A DNA stretch of 64,000 nt from Cyanophyceae cyanobacterium (GCA_038321985.1 JBBQFN010000010.1:32001-96000), one strand, 5' to 3'; counted from the first letter of the stretch, positions 41,135 through 52,525 are shown. Translations and numbers: made by a program. The notes: a model not told the origin generated them from the sequence alone.

Positions 41135-42739
41135 ATGCCATTATCTGATTCAAATTTAGAAACTACGGTTCCCCACTGGAATCAAAAGAATAATAGTCCA
41201 CGGGGTGCAAGTCACCATCAAACCAGCTATCCCCGGCAAGCTCGGGCCGAAAAAATAGAGGAAACTGAGCGCAATATCCGGCAAGGGGGTCAGAACAATG
41301 GGCGATCGCCAACCTCCGGTGCAAAACATAATCCCCCTGTAAGTCGTGAACAGGCAGAATTGGAAAAAAATCCCCCTCATAACCCTAGTTCTGGCTCAAT
41401 CACCCAAAATGCTCAACCTCCTGCACCGCCCGAACCGGAACGCGGGTTTATGCCTGTCTTAAGAAACCGCAACTTTTTAGTGCTCTGGAGCGGCCAGGTC
41501 TTCTCTCAGTTGGCGGATAAAGTTTATTTAGTGCTAATGATTGGTTTGATTGCCACCCGCTTTCAAGGCCAGGGGCAAACCATTAGTGGATGGGTATCGG
41601 CGATTATGGTAGCCTTTACGATTCCAGCGGTCCTATTAGGCTCTCTAGCCGGGGCATTGACAGACCGTTGGTCCAAAAAAGGAATACTGGTATCAACGAA
41701 TCTAGTCCGGGGCTTGTTCGTTCTGTCCCTGCCGTTGTTGTTGTTTCTATCGGAAGGATTCCATTTAGGAACCTTACCCTTGGGATTCGCCTTAATGCTG
41801 ATGGTGACATTTTTGGTCTCCACCCTCACCCAATTTTTTGCCCCGGCAGAACAAGCCGTGATTCCCTTAATCTTAGAACCGAGGCTGTTGCTACCGGCCA
41901 ACTCCCTCTACACAACTACCATGATGGCCTCGGTCATCATTGGATTTGCGGTAGGGGAGCCACTCTTGGCGATCGCAGATAGCACCTTCGGCCATATTGG
42001 TAATGGGGTCGGTTTGGGTAAAGAACTGCTCGTGGGGGGCTGCTACTGCATCGCCGGGTTGTTGTTATTGATGATGAAAACCGGAGAAACACCCAATCCT
42101 CCCGACACCGAATATCCTCACGTTTTTGAAGATATCCGCGATGGGTTGCGCTATCTAGGCCAAAATCGCCGGATCAAGAGCGCTCTGATCCAGTTAGTCA
42201 TTTTATTTTCTATCTTTGCCGCCCTAGCAGTCTTAGCGGTGCGTCTAGCGGAGGTCATTCCCAACCTTCGCACGGACCAATTTGGGTTCCTACTAGCAGC
42301 AGCAGGAGCGGGAATGGGAGCCGGTGCCGCTCTGTTAGGCCATTTTGGACAGCAGATTTCCCATCGACGCCTCAGTTTCTTTGGCTCGATGGGGATGGCG
42401 CTGTCTCTGATCACCCTCTCTCTGTTCGGATCTCAACTTTGGGCGGCATTAGGGTTGATTACCGTATTGGGGGTATTTGCCTCGTTCGTAGGGGTGCCGA
42501 TGCAAACTAGCATTCAGGTAGAAACCCCAGAAGAGATGCGGGGTAAGGTGTTTGGCTTACAGAACAATGCCATTAATATTGCCCTGACTCTACCTCTGGC
42601 GCTCGCCGGGGTAGCGGAAGCCATGTTTGGGTTAAAAGTGGTGTTGTTGAGTTTGGGGGCGATCGCCATAGCCGGAGGAGTCCTAAGCTGGTATATTTCC
42701 GAAACAGAACCCCATCACCCACCCCAACTCAAAAATTAA
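41135..42739 (+). CDS. MFS transporter with disordered N-terminus
   Basis: NRNFLVLWSGQVFSQLADK, AGALTDRWSKK, about 12 TM helices. Confidence 0.9.
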   Translation: MPLSDSNLETTVPHWNQKNNSPRGASHHQTSYPRQARAEKIEETERNIRQGGQNNGRSPTSGAKHNPPVSREQAELEKNPPHNPSSGSITQNAQPPAPPEPERGFMPVLRNRNFLVLWSGQVFSQLADKVYLVLMIGLIATRFQGQGQTISGWVSAIMVAFTIPAVLLGSLAGALTDRWSKKGILVSTNLVRGLFVLSLPLLLFLSEGFHLGTLPLGFALMLMVTFLVSTLTQFFAPAEQAVIPLILEPRLLLPANSLYTTTMMASVIIGFAVGEPLLAIADSTFGHIGNGVGLGKELLVGGCYCIAGLLLLMMKTGETPNPPDTEYPHVFEDIRDGLRYLGQNRRIKSALIQLVILFSIFAALAVLAVRLAEVIPNLRTDQFGFLLAAAGAGMGAGAALLGHFGQQISHRRLSFFGSMGMALSLITLSLFGSQLWAALGLITVLGVFASFVGVPMQTSIQVETPEEMRGKVFGLQNNAINIALTLPLALAGVAEAMFGLKVVLLSLGAIAIAGGVLSWYISETEPHHPPQLKN

Positions 42740-42876
42740 AGCAGGGCAGGGTTGGGGGTTAGCATCTAGCTTCCGGCTAAAAGCTAGAGATAGGATCGGG
42801 TTCATTCCCCGAGGGCGATCGGCTTCCTCGCCATTAACTGCTAACTTTAACACTAACCTTTAATCCCCAGACCTAA

Positions 42877-44085
42877 ATGCATATCGCTTGGCTTGGAAAG
42901 AAAACTCCTTTCTGTGGCAATGTTACCTACTCTCGTGAAGTCACCAACGCGCTATTAGACCGAGGGCATCAGGTTAGTTTTTTCCATTTCGCTCAACCCG
43001 AAGGGGAAGAAGAAGAAGAAAACCTGCACGAATTAGAGTCTGACCTGGCCCTCAAAGCCGGTAATGGTTGGCCGGTTGCCGCCTGTGAAGTGTCGTTGCC
43101 TTGTCTTTATAAGTCCACGATTTACACCATTCCTACCCCTAAATCGCGAAAGGTGTTGACTCAGGCATTACGGGACCTTAGACCGGATTTAGTTCATGCC
43201 TCCCTTACCCTGTCCCCTTTGGATTTTGTACTTCCGGAGATTTGTGAAGAGTTAAATCTGCCCTTGGTGGCAACATTTCACCCACCCTTCGCACACCAAC
43301 GATCGCTGCGATCGGGACGGCAACACCTGCAACACTTGACCTATCAATTGTACGCACCCTTTCTACCGAACTACGATAAAACCATTGTCTTTTCCCAGCT
43401 TCAGCGCGAGTTACTGCGGAAACTGGGGGTACCCAGTCAGCAAGTGGCGGTGATTCCGAATGGGGTAGATGTTCAGAAGTATTCTCCGGGATATTCTCAG
43501 ATTAAGTATGAACTAAACGCCCAGCGTCTGTTTGTCTATCAAGGTCGGATCGCGATGGAAAAAAATGTGGAAGCCCTCCTCAAGGCGTGGAAACAAGCTG
43601 ACCTCGGTCCGGGTTGCAAGTTAGCGATCGTCGGGGATGGTCCCTTGGCTCCCTCTTTGCAGAGCTATGCGGGAGGGGAACACAATGTGGTCTGGTTAGG
43701 ATATATAGGCGATGAACACCGCCGGATCGAGATTTTGCGCGGGGCGGATGTATTTATTTTACCCTCATTGGTGGAAGGACTTTCTCTCTCCCTTTTAGAG
43801 GCGATGGCTTGTGGTTTGGCCTGTATTGCCACGGATGTTGGTGCGGATGGAGAAGTGCTCGCCGACGGTGCGGGGGTGGTGTTAAACGCTCAAGGCGTAA
43901 CCACTCAGCTCAAAACTCTACTGCCCCTGTTTAAGGACCAGCCGGAGTTCATTACGCTGTTGGGACAAAAAGCCCGTCAGCGTGTCCTTGATCGCTATAC
44001 CCTCAGCCGGAATATTTCCCAGTTAGAGGCGATGTACGAGGAGATTTTACAGGAGCGTCCGGTGCAAGTGAGTCAATGGGCATAA
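42877..44085 (+). CDS. Glycosyltransferase family 4
   Basis: PNGVD, GRIAMEKN, ILPSLVEGLSLSLLEAMACG. Confidence 0.92.
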   Translation: MHIAWLGKKTPFCGNVTYSREVTNALLDRGHQVSFFHFAQPEGEEEEENLHELESDLALKAGNGWPVAACEVSLPCLYKSTIYTIPTPKSRKVLTQALRDLRPDLVHASLTLSPLDFVLPEICEELNLPLVATFHPPFAHQRSLRSGRQHLQHLTYQLYAPFLPNYDKTIVFSQLQRELLRKLGVPSQQVAVIPNGVDVQKYSPGYSQIKYELNAQRLFVYQGRIAMEKNVEALLKAWKQADLGPGCKLAIVGDGPLAPSLQSYAGGEHNVVWLGYIGDEHRRIEILRGADVFILPSLVEGLSLSLLEAMACGLACIATDVGADGEVLADGAGVVLNAQGVTTQLKTLLPLFKDQPEFITLLGQKARQRVLDRYTLSRNISQLEAMYEEILQERPVQVSQWA

Positions 44086-44308
44086 GATAAGATCCCGGTT
44101 CTGGTGTGGGACTATCGGAGCCCTCGCCCGCTCGTGCGGGCTATTTTTATGGGCGATTGTTCGAGGGATTTTTAAGAACGATCGCCTATTTACGAGTGTT
44201 CTGCTGTTCGATATACAAAATCTGCCCGGTTATACAGCCGGTTTACGGTTGGGCTTAAGTTTTAACTGATGATGTTGCAAAAAGCCCACCTCAAAGCGGG
44301 CTTTTTTC

Positions 44309-45097
44309 TTATTCTGAAGGAGCGGTTTTTTCCGTCAATCGTTGCGCCGTTCGTAGAATTTGTCCGGCTAAAATGGCGGCCCCATAACCATTATCAATAT
44401 TAACTACTCCGACACCCGCCGCACAAGAATTGAGCATGGTTAATAAAGGGGCTAATCCATTGAAACTTGCCCCATAGCCGATACTGGTGGGAACGGCGAT
44501 CGTGGGTGCATTGGCTAAACCTGCCACGACGCTCGGTAATGCGCCTTCCATGCCAGCGACGACGATCAGGACATCTGCCTCAGCGATCGCCCGCCAACTG
44601 GCAAGTAAGCGATGAATTCCCGCTACCCCGACATCCCAATACCGCTTGACTTCAAATCCTGAGAGTTCGGCCACAATCGCCGCTTCCTCCGCTACCGGGA
44701 GGTCCGCAGTACCGGCGCAAAGAATACCGATTTTGCCCGGATATTTAGGAGAAGACGGTGCGATCGCTGTCGAACAGATCCGAGCAGTGGGATAATAATA
44801 CAATCCATGTACCCGTTCCTCAATCTGTGCAAAAACCTCCGGAGTAATTCGGGTTGCCATCACCACCGGATTATGATCGCCCATAGAAAGTATAATATCT
44901 GCGATTTGTTCCGGGGTTTTCCCTGGACCCCAGATGGTTTCAGGAAAGCCGGTGCGTAATGCCCGATGGCGATCAATTCGGGCAAAATCCCCCACCGGCT
45001 CAAATCCGAGATATTTTAACTCTTCTACCGCAGTCGATGGACTGACTTTACCGGCTGCAACGGCTTCTAATAGGGACTGGAGCGTTTCGGGATTCAT
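44309..45097 (-). CDS. cpmA: LarB / circadian phase modifier CpmA (PurE-like)
   Basis: RTGFPETIWGPGKT, AGTADLPVAEEA, DVGVAGIHRL, AGMEGALPS, VPTSIGYGA, VVNIDNG. Confidence 0.9.
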   Translation of the reverse strand: MNPETLQSLLEAVAAGKVSPSTAVEELKYLGFEPVGDFARIDRHRALRTGFPETIWGPGKTPEQIADIILSMGDHNPVVMATRITPEVFAQIEERVHGLYYYPTARICSTAIAPSSPKYPGKIGILCAGTADLPVAEEAAIVAELSGFEVKRYWDVGVAGIHRLLASWRAIAEADVLIVVAGMEGALPSVVAGLANAPTIAVPTSIGYGASFNGLAPLLTMLNSCAAGVGVVNIDNGYGAAILAGQILRTAQRLTEKTAPSE

Positions 45098-45170
45098 GGG
45101 TTGGGTGTTAATCGTTCGGTGCCATTGAGTTGAGGGTTTTTGCCCTTAGAACTGTTATTTTACCAAACAA

Positions 45171-46934
45171 TTATTCCTGTAGTTGCAATTCATAAATATT
45201 CCAAAAGGCTCCCCCAAGGGTAGAATATTTCACCCCCTGTACCCGGTCACGAACCGCCGTCATCGAGAGTTGATTTACTAACTGAATTACAGGTAAATAT
45301 TCTTGGGTAAGGCGTTGGGTTTCTGCATAAATTTCCTTACGTTTAGCCTCATCAATTTCCTGAGAAGCTCGGATATAAAGGTCCCCAAGTCGTCGTTCCC
45401 AATCTGAAATTTCTTGTCCCACTAGGGGCGTTTGGCCGGTTTGGCGAGGCTGATTGAACATATGTAGTCGCCCTTCCGGAGACCATAAATTGGAGGACCA
45501 ATGGGGTTCGGTCCCCCCTCCAAACCCAATAATTAAGGCTTCCCAATCCAGAGAATCAGATAATTTGGTAATTACAGCGTTCCAGGCCAGGGGTTGAAAA
45601 TCTACTTGAATTCCGATTTGACTCAAATTTTGCTTAATTTGAGCACCCATTGCTTCGCGAATTTTATTTCCAGCATTGGTAATGAGGGTAAATTTCACCC
45701 GATTACCTTCTGCATCCAAAAGTTGCCCTTGGTTATTATAAGTAAATCCATCTTCTTTTAGCAGTTCTCGGGCTTTATCCAGATTATAATCGTAGACTTT
45801 TAGGCCCTCTTCTGGGGAAAGATAATAAGGACTTTGGACCGAAATTTGAGAGTTTATGGGTTTTCCCAGACCTTGGAAGGTATTCTCAATCATGGTTTCC
45901 CGGTCCGTTGCATAGGCGATCGCCTGCCGGAATTTTACGGAATTAAACCACCGAGACTTAATTGGATCAACCAGGGGACGATTGGTATCCTCCAAGCGAC
46001 CTTTATTCAAATTAAAGGTCATAAAGGTAATCCCGGGCGCTGGTTCTAGTTCATAGAGAATTTTAAAGTTTTTTTGTTCTTCTTGCTTTTTGAGCAAGGG
46101 AAAATCTTCGGGTCTGACCGAAACACTATCCAAAATACCCGATAAAAACTGGACCACGCCGGTATCTTGAGACTCGACAACTTCCCAGGCAATTCTATCA
46201 ATATAGGGCTGAGGATTGCGCCAGTAATAAGGATTTTTTTCAAAGAAAATTCGTTCACTGGGCCGGTAACTGGCTAATTTGTAGGGACCATTAACAATAA
46301 TTTGCTCGGGGGGCGTATTAATGCCCCAGGTTGATAGAAAGATCGGATTTCCTTCTTGATCTAGGGTTTCCACCGATTCCCGGAGAACATGAGCGGGCAA
46401 AATCGCTAATCCCGATGCTCTTAGGAAGGGGGCAAAGGGTTCGACAATCGTAAATTCTACCCGGCGATCGTCTAGTTTTTTGACGGTAGGAAAAGCGCGA
46501 CTTTCTCCTATTCTTAAAACGTCGGCAATACTGCTGGGAATTTTGCTATTAAAATAAATATCGTTATAGGTGAAAACGACATCATCAACGGTCAAGGGTT
46601 GACCATCAGACCATTGCAAATTTTCCCGTAATGTAAAAATAATTCGTAATCTATCGGGGGAAATTTCCCAGGATTTGGCTAGATTGGCTTCGACTTCTCC
46701 CGTGACTGGATTTTCAGTGACTAACCCTTCGTAAGTATATCCAAAAATATTGGGAGATTCTTCACTCAGTGCGTAGTTAAAGGTTTTGGGGTCGCTGAGA
46801 ATACTCAACACTAACGGGGTCGGTGCTGCCTCAGTTCGGAATTGGGCGGGATTACAGGAGGATAAAGAAATCCCAACCAGAACTGTGAGGGCCATTGCAA
46901 CACCTTGTCGCCAATAGGTTTTAATCATAATCAA
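45171..46934 (-). CDS. ABC transporter peptide-binding lipoprotein (SBP family 5)
   Basis: Lipobox LSSC, DPKTFN, WSDGQPLTVDDVVFT, NGPYKL, FRQAIAYA. Confidence 0.9.
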   Translation of the reverse strand: MIMIKTYWRQGVAMALTVLVGISLSSCNPAQFRTEAAPTPLVLSILSDPKTFNYALSEESPNIFGYTYEGLVTENPVTGEVEANLAKSWEISPDRLRIIFTLRENLQWSDGQPLTVDDVVFTYNDIYFNSKIPSSIADVLRIGESRAFPTVKKLDDRRVEFTIVEPFAPFLRASGLAILPAHVLRESVETLDQEGNPIFLSTWGINTPPEQIIVNGPYKLASYRPSERIFFEKNPYYWRNPQPYIDRIAWEVVESQDTGVVQFLSGILDSVSVRPEDFPLLKKQEEQKNFKILYELEPAPGITFMTFNLNKGRLEDTNRPLVDPIKSRWFNSVKFRQAIAYATDRETMIENTFQGLGKPINSQISVQSPYYLSPEEGLKVYDYNLDKARELLKEDGFTYNNQGQLLDAEGNRVKFTLITNAGNKIREAMGAQIKQNLSQIGIQVDFQPLAWNAVITKLSDSLDWEALIIGFGGGTEPHWSSNLWSPEGRLHMFNQPRQTGQTPLVGQEISDWERRLGDLYIRASQEIDEAKRKEIYAETQRLTQEYLPVIQLVNQLSMTAVRDRVQGVKYSTLGGAFWNIYELQLQE

Positions 46935-46974
46935 AAGGCTCTCCCTGTTTTTTTAGGAATTTCTGGATGATTTT

Positions 46975-47475
46975 TTATTGTAGCGAAGAGGGGGTGGATT
47001 GAGCGACTAATAAGGTGACTGCATAGGCGGCAATTCCTTCTTCTCGTCCCACAGGACCTAGTCTTTCATTGGTTGTGGCCTTTATTCCGATGCGATCGCT
47101 CTCGATGTTTAATACTTCAGCAAGGCGATCGCGCATGGCAGAAATATACGGTTTCAATTTCGGTCGTTCGGCGACCACAACCGAGTCAATATTCCCCACT
47201 TCCCACCCTCGTTCTCGAATCAGTTGATGCACCTGGGCCAACAATTTCAAGCTATCAGCCCCCGCCCATTTCGTATCACTAGGAGGAAAGTAAAGTCCAA
47301 TATCTCCTAAACTTAACGCACCGAGCATTGCATCCATAATGGCATGAGTCAGGACATCCGCATCGCTATGACCTAATAATCCCAAGTCATGGGGAATCTT
47401 GACCCCGCCCAGAATCAAGGCGCGATCGCTAACCAGTTGGTGGATATCATACCCATTACCAATCCGAATGTTCAT
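46975..47475 (-). CDS. ispF: 2-C-methyl-D-erythritol 2,4-cyclodiphosphate synthase
   Basis: [26 protein letters not shown]. Confidence 0.97.
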   Translation of the reverse strand: MNIRIGNGYDIHQLVSDRALILGGVKIPHDLGLLGHSDADVLTHAIMDAMLGALSLGDIGLYFPPSDTKWAGADSLKLLAQVHQLIRERGWEVGNIDSVVVAERPKLKPYISAMRDRLAEVLNIESDRIGIKATTNERLGPVGREEGIAAYAVTLLVAQSTPSSLQ

Positions 47476-47670
47476 CTTCTGGTTGTTTTGTTTTAAGGTA
47501 AAGTTAGTTTACCAGATTTGTCCCCCTAGAGGATAGTAGATTTTTTATAAAATTTAGAATCGATTAAGCGTTATCGCTAATCCGGTTCCTATGTAGCGCG
47601 TCTAAATCATTCGGATCATAAAACTGAGGAGTGGTAAGGAGAGGCTTCTCTTCCTCAATTTTATATCTTC

Positions 47671-48696
47671 TTATCTGATTTGAACTTCAGCCCCCATCAC
47701 TCGAGTGTTATCCAACTGGTTACCAACTACCCTTAAGGTTGGCGCTTGTGCCGTATTATGAATGTCATAACGACGATTATTTTTAAAGGTATTCTTTCCC
47801 GAAACCGTTTCCGTTCCTAAATCCGGCTGGGATTCACCGATCGCCACTAATCCATCCCGGCTATTATCGGCGATCGTATTATCTCGCAAAATCGGGCGGG
47901 CCGAATGAGAAATCACTAACCCATCAATATTATTACGAATCTGATTATTCACCACCAAGGGGGTAGAATTGCCGCCGATCGCCAAGCCAAAGCCGGTATT
48001 TTCTATTAAATTATCCCGAATTTCTCCCGATGCTTCATGGGTGAGAGAAATGCCATTGCCCCCATTTTCAAAAATGCGATTATTCTCGATGCGCGGGGTT
48101 CCAGTTCCGGTTACAAATATTCCTTCGCGATGGTTTTGGGTGGTGGTACTATTGCGAATGGTGGGAGCACTAGATTCCACCCAAATTCCCGTTCCCGATT
48201 GATGGGGATTCGTTACAGTTACTCCAGCAATTTCTGTGCGATCGCCCGGGAGGAGGGTTACTTTTTGCTTACCCCAGGTGGGACTGAGATAATCGCCACC
48301 GCCGATAATAATAACACCTTCCCCTTGCTGTTTTTCGTTGCCGCGCAGGGTCACTCCCGGTTTAAGTTTTAAGGGGAAGGTTTCGCCAGTTTCTTCGCTG
48401 TATTCACCTGCGGCTAATTGAATGACGGTCCCCGGAGAGGATTGGGTTAAAGCATAGGCGATCGTGCGGAACGGTTGGGTTTCTCTATCTCCTGCGGAAG
48501 GGGTATCCGTTCCTTGGGTTGAGTTGACATAAAGAATCTGCTTGAATGCAGGAGTCCGTCTGGGGAACTGCGGAGATTTTAACCCGATGGGAGGATTTTC
48601 TGTCACGGGTCCTTTCTCTGGGGTGACGATGAAAACACAGCTACTTAGGGATAAGGTGAATAAGGCAAAGGCGACGGGCTTAATTCGATTTAACAT
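47671..48696 (-). CDS. DUF1565 beta-helix lipoprotein
   Basis: Lipobox LSSC; PFRTIAYAL...PGTVIQLAAGEYS..TGETFPL; beta-helix repeats. Confidence 0.85.
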   Translation of the reverse strand: MLNRIKPVAFALFTLSLSSCVFIVTPEKGPVTENPPIGLKSPQFPRRTPAFKQILYVNSTQGTDTPSAGDRETQPFRTIAYALTQSSPGTVIQLAAGEYSEETGETFPLKLKPGVTLRGNEKQQGEGVIIIGGGDYLSPTWGKQKVTLLPGDRTEIAGVTVTNPHQSGTGIWVESSAPTIRNSTTTQNHREGIFVTGTGTPRIENNRIFENGGNGISLTHEASGEIRDNLIENTGFGLAIGGNSTPLVVNNQIRNNIDGLVISHSARPILRDNTIADNSRDGLVAIGESQPDLGTETVSGKNTFKNNRRYDIHNTAQAPTLRVVGNQLDNTRVMGAEVQIR

Positions 48697-49075
48697 TTTT
48701 CCTTACTTTTCCTGAAAAGATTAATTAAAGGGTTTAATGGGTCAGATAAGCGGGTGTTATAACTGACGGACTATTTATAGGGGTGAAAAGTTGCGAAGCT
48801 GGCACTTAGCCGGGAGTTAGACCGTCTGTAAAATATCATCACCCAGGCTATCATGCCAGATGCCAACTTCTAAGGGAGCAATTTGTAGCCGTGACGCTAC
48901 TCGCGAGTGCCTGTGTTGCAAATCACCAAAAGTTTGATACCGCGATCGCAACTTTTCAGAGATTTAGATCCGGTTTTTTTGTGCCTTCGATCGCTAGTCT
49001 ACTCGGATCTCGATCGCCTAACTTTCTTTAAAAAAGTTTCATAATAAAAATACAGAGTTTTAGGATACTAATGTT

Positions 49076-49303
49076 ATGAATACCTCTATTAAACTACTTC
49101 CCCATGCTATCTCCGAACTGATGGCCCAAGTGAGCGCCACCCGAAAAATCACCCTAGCTGATCGATATGGACTGATGGCGGCTATTTTAGAAGAATCCCT
49201 CGATGAGCAAGATAGATTTTCGATTGACCGACTCCTGAGAGCTTTACGACGAGGGCGACTCCAAGTGGTTGATGAGATTTCTTCTTTACTCTTTAGTGGA
49301 TAA
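49076..49303 (+). CDS. Small conserved cyanobacterial hypothetical protein
   Basis: ITLADRYGLMAAIL.ESL...DRLLRALRRGR pattern recalled from cyanobacterial small proteins. Confidence 0.7.
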   Translation: MNTSIKLLPHAISELMAQVSATRKITLADRYGLMAAILEESLDEQDRFSIDRLLRALRRGRLQVVDEISSLLFSG

Positions 49304-49395
49304 ATTTAACGAGTTCCACTGAAGCGCTGTTGCCCTTTCCTATAGCTTACTATCTATCATTATAAGTGGGGGCCTCCAAACTATTAAGCCGGCCA

Positions 49396-50412
49396 TTATC
49401 CAACTGCGGGTTCTAACAGTTGAATTGTCCCCTGGGTGGCGTCAATTTCTACCTCAACTCCCACAGGAACAGTAAATTTATCTCTAATATGACCGATGGC
49501 TGACCCATACCAGGCGGGAATTCTCAGGGGTCGGATCAAATCGGATAAGACTTGGGTTAAGGTCAAGGATGCTTCATCGCCTTCCCCGGCTTCACAGCGG
49601 ATACATTCGGCAAAAATAAACCCCGAAATTTTATCGAGAATTCCGGCTAATTTTAACTGGGTTAACATTCGATCAACCCGATAAATATCTTCGCCAATTT
49701 CTTCTACAAATAAAATTTTATTCTCCCAATCGGGTAAATAAGCAGACCCTACCATTGCGGCTAAAACCGATAAATTCCCACCGACTAATTGTCCTCTAGC
49801 TGTACCCCCGGTAATCGTTTGAGGGCTTTTCAATGGGGGATTTTGCATCCGCACGGGTTCTGCATCAAGCAAGATGCGCTGAACGTAATTAACGGAAAAT
49901 GGATTCCAATCGGAGGTAGCAACAGGACCATGAAAAGTAATGATTCCACTGCGGGCATAAATGGCGAGTAGTAAGGAGGTAATATCGCTATAGCCCATAA
50001 TAATTTTCGGGTTTGAACGGATGAGTTCATAGTCTAATAAAGGCAAAATTCGACTGCATCCCCAACCGCCGCGCATGGTTAAAATGCCCTGTACAGCGCG
50101 ATCGGCAAACATCGCATTGACATCAGCGGCGCGATCGGCATCTTGACCCGCAAGATAGCCATATTCATCGAGCAAATGTGTTCCTAACTTAACCTTTAAT
50201 CCTAGGGAGGCTAGTTCTTTTTGAGCATATTCAATATCTTCTCCCTCAATGGGACTAGAAGGGTTAATTAAACCCACCGTATCCCCTACTTTTAGCCGAG
50301 GGGGTTTGAGGATAGAGGGAGAGTTTGCTGTAGCAATACTTGCGCTTGGGATCTGAGTAGCGATCGCACTCAATCCGCAGAGGGTGAGAAAATGACGGCG
50401 ATTCCAAAACAC
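49396..50412 (-). CDS. S66 LD-carboxypeptidase with Tat signal
   Basis: NRRHFL signal; RGGWG, GYSDIT (Ser), GGNL, EEIGE (Glu), IGH (His). Confidence 0.92.
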   Translation of the reverse strand: MFWNRRHFLTLCGLSAIATQIPSASIATANSPSILKPPRLKVGDTVGLINPSSPIEGEDIEYAQKELASLGLKVKLGTHLLDEYGYLAGQDADRAADVNAMFADRAVQGILTMRGGWGCSRILPLLDYELIRSNPKIIMGYSDITSLLLAIYARSGIITFHGPVATSDWNPFSVNYVQRILLDAEPVRMQNPPLKSPQTITGGTARGQLVGGNLSVLAAMVGSAYLPDWENKILFVEEIGEDIYRVDRMLTQLKLAGILDKISGFIFAECIRCEAGEGDEASLTLTQVLSDLIRPLRIPAWYGSAIGHIRDKFTVPVGVEVEIDATQGTIQLLEPAVG

Positions 50413-50738
50413 TTAAAAACCCGCTCAGTTTTAATAAAAAAGAGATCCTGTTTATTATAAAGGATTGCGATCGCATTGAGGGTTTTAAGTCTAAGGAGAC
50501 TCCTTCAGCATCCTTACTTGGGTTTTGTTAAGGCAGTGGGACTTCCAAAACCTTCATCATAAACGGCCTAGTTTAGCCCTTGGACCCTTCTAAGATTGCG
50601 CCTAAACTCTCATTTTTCAGCGCCCTGCACCAAGGTGATTGCCTGAGAAGGGGACTTGACTCTTGTCAATCATCCAGTTTCCGATTATCCTATTTTAGCC
50701 TTTATCAATTTAAGGTAGAATAGCAAGGAGGTCTCTGG

Positions 50739-51011
50739 GTGAATAAGTCAGTTTTTACGGAAAAATATACGCGGTTTCGGCGACTCCTAATCGAAATTCG
50801 TCAATCCAGTAAGTTAACCCAGGTACAAGTGGCTCAAAGACTACATAAACCCCAGTCTTTTGTCTCAAAGTATGAGCGCGGAGAACGTCGTTTAGATGTA
50901 GTGGAGTTTCTGGAAGTTGCTAAAGCACTTGAAGTAAATCCCTCCGAGTTACTGAATCAACTTGATCGCCCAGCTTGTGATCGGGGTTCGACAAACCTAG
51001 GGGAATTTTGA
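50739..51011 (+). CDS. XRE-family HTH transcriptional regulator
   Basis: LTQVQVAQRLHKPQSFVSKYERGERRLDVVEF. Confidence 0.92.
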   Translation: MNKSVFTEKYTRFRRLLIEIRQSSKLTQVQVAQRLHKPQSFVSKYERGERRLDVVEFLEVAKALEVNPSELLNQLDRPACDRGSTNLGEF

Positions 51012-51243
51012 AAGCGGCGATCGGGCAGTCGCATCACCTTACATGAACCCCCTTGTTTAATCTCTCGTCAATTTTTCAGTAATTCCGGCATTAGGAACTT
51101 TTTAAGCCAAACGACTTTGGAATAAGGCGGGGTGAAGCACTCAGGCAACCCCGATTCCACCGGAACCCAGAGACTAGGAACTGAAGGGCGATCGCGCTTA
51201 AGCGGTGACTCATACTCCGTGATATATTTAACAAATAGAGGCC

Positions 51244-52092
51244 ATGTTGAAACGAATTAAAAAAGTTTTTTATTCTTCGGAATTAAACAAGTCTTACTTA
51301 CTTTTATTTGTAATGCTGTTTCTGACTATTTTTTCTTCTTACTCTTGTATCAACGGCTTATGGATTAATTCAGAAGTCTGTGGGGTGTGGCTAGAGGAAC
51401 TTTCGATTAATTTGATTGCTGAAGTCACTGGTATTTTATTAGTTTTATTTTCCGTTAATAAAGCGGTTAGAGAAGGAAGAGAAAAAGAAAAAAATAAATT
51501 TAAACAAATTGCTTTTAGGCAGTTAAAATTTACGATCAGAAAGCAGATTTATTTATTTTTTGAAATTCTTAAGGCCTCAAGTAAAGAAAAACCTGATAAA
51601 GAATATAAGAAATTAGATGATTTATTTGATGATATTTATTTTCGGGAAGTACAAAATTTAGACCTGTTAAAAAACGCTCCTGTGATAGCCCCGGGAGGGG
51701 AACCAATGGACTGGCTGGATTACCTCGTCGATGAAAGTATGAACTTACGAAACGCTCTGGGGCGAGTGGTGGATCGCTATGCGTTTTATCTGGAATCAGA
51801 GGTGGTTGATTTAATGGAAGAAATGACTAATGCCAGCTTTATTCGCTTTCTCACTTCTTTGTGGGAAGCCAAACGATTAAATGGATTAACCTCCCAGGGG
51901 GATTTACTCATTGTCTGTGAGGATATGTTCCGAGAGTACGCCGATTCTTTGGTTAAGTTAGTTAAATTTTACAATGAAAATGTCACCAGCGATCGGCAAA
52001 TTATTATTGATGAGCAGCAATGGCAGGAATGGTGGAACCATAAAGGCAGACCCCAATTAGGAGACAGCCGCATCAAAGTCGAGATTCAATAA
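51244..52092 (+). CDS. Hypothetical protein with two N-terminal TM segments
   Basis: Long AT-rich ORF with GAGG RBS-like site; hydrophobic segments near aa 18-37 and 55-71. Confidence 0.75.
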   Translation: MLKRIKKVFYSSELNKSYLLLFVMLFLTIFSSYSCINGLWINSEVCGVWLEELSINLIAEVTGILLVLFSVNKAVREGREKEKNKFKQIAFRQLKFTIRKQIYLFFEILKASSKEKPDKEYKKLDDLFDDIYFREVQNLDLLKNAPVIAPGGEPMDWLDYLVDESMNLRNALGRVVDRYAFYLESEVVDLMEEMTNASFIRFLTSLWEAKRLNGLTSQGDLLIVCEDMFREYADSLVKLVKFYNENVTSDRQIIIDEQQWQEWWNHKGRPQLGDSRIKVEIQ

Positions 52093-52509
52093 TTAATTAT
52101 AACTTAGTTTACCTCTCAAAATCCGGTGTAATACGGTTTACCTCCACTAGGAAGGATGGGTTGTAACTGTTGCAAAACCCAGGTTTTTGTGAGCTTTTTT
52201 CTGCACCAATCGGTGAGGGTTCCAGCACGTTTGATACATACATTTGACTTGGAGACTGTATCCCCAACCCCGGAGGTACTGTCTTTCGTGATTTCAAAGG
52301 GGACTAAGAATGGCGAATGTCAGGACTCCCCTATACCCTGGGACAATTCGTTCTATGCAGGGGGCTAAATTTTTCGGGGTTATGGAGGGTCCGGCGATCG
52401 CAAGAGTCCCGATCTACCGAATTGACTTCACTCCCTAATTTTGACCCGATCCAATGCCGGAGTTGGGGACTGAAAGAGGCTGGATGGTTTCTTTGCTACC
52501 ACGGGGTTT

Positions 52510-52525
52510 TGTAGTGCTTGCTACA
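52510..52525. promoter_or_regulatory. NtcA-like palindrome TGTA-N8-TACA
   Basis: TGTAGTGCTTGCTACA about 125 nt upstream of the HTH gene; no -10 box at the class II spacing. Confidence 0.35.

Noticed and set aside
48912..49020. Array of CRP-like boxes upstream of the 75-aa gene
   Set aside because: Only partial TGTGA-N6-TCACA matches, and several half-sites are simply HIP1-derived GATCGC.
24091..50412. Dedicated peptidoglycan-recycling cluster (sugar kinase, glmU, amiC, SBP, LD-carboxypeptidase)
   Set aside because: The genes are scattered over 26 kb among unrelated genes and on both strands, with no operon structure.
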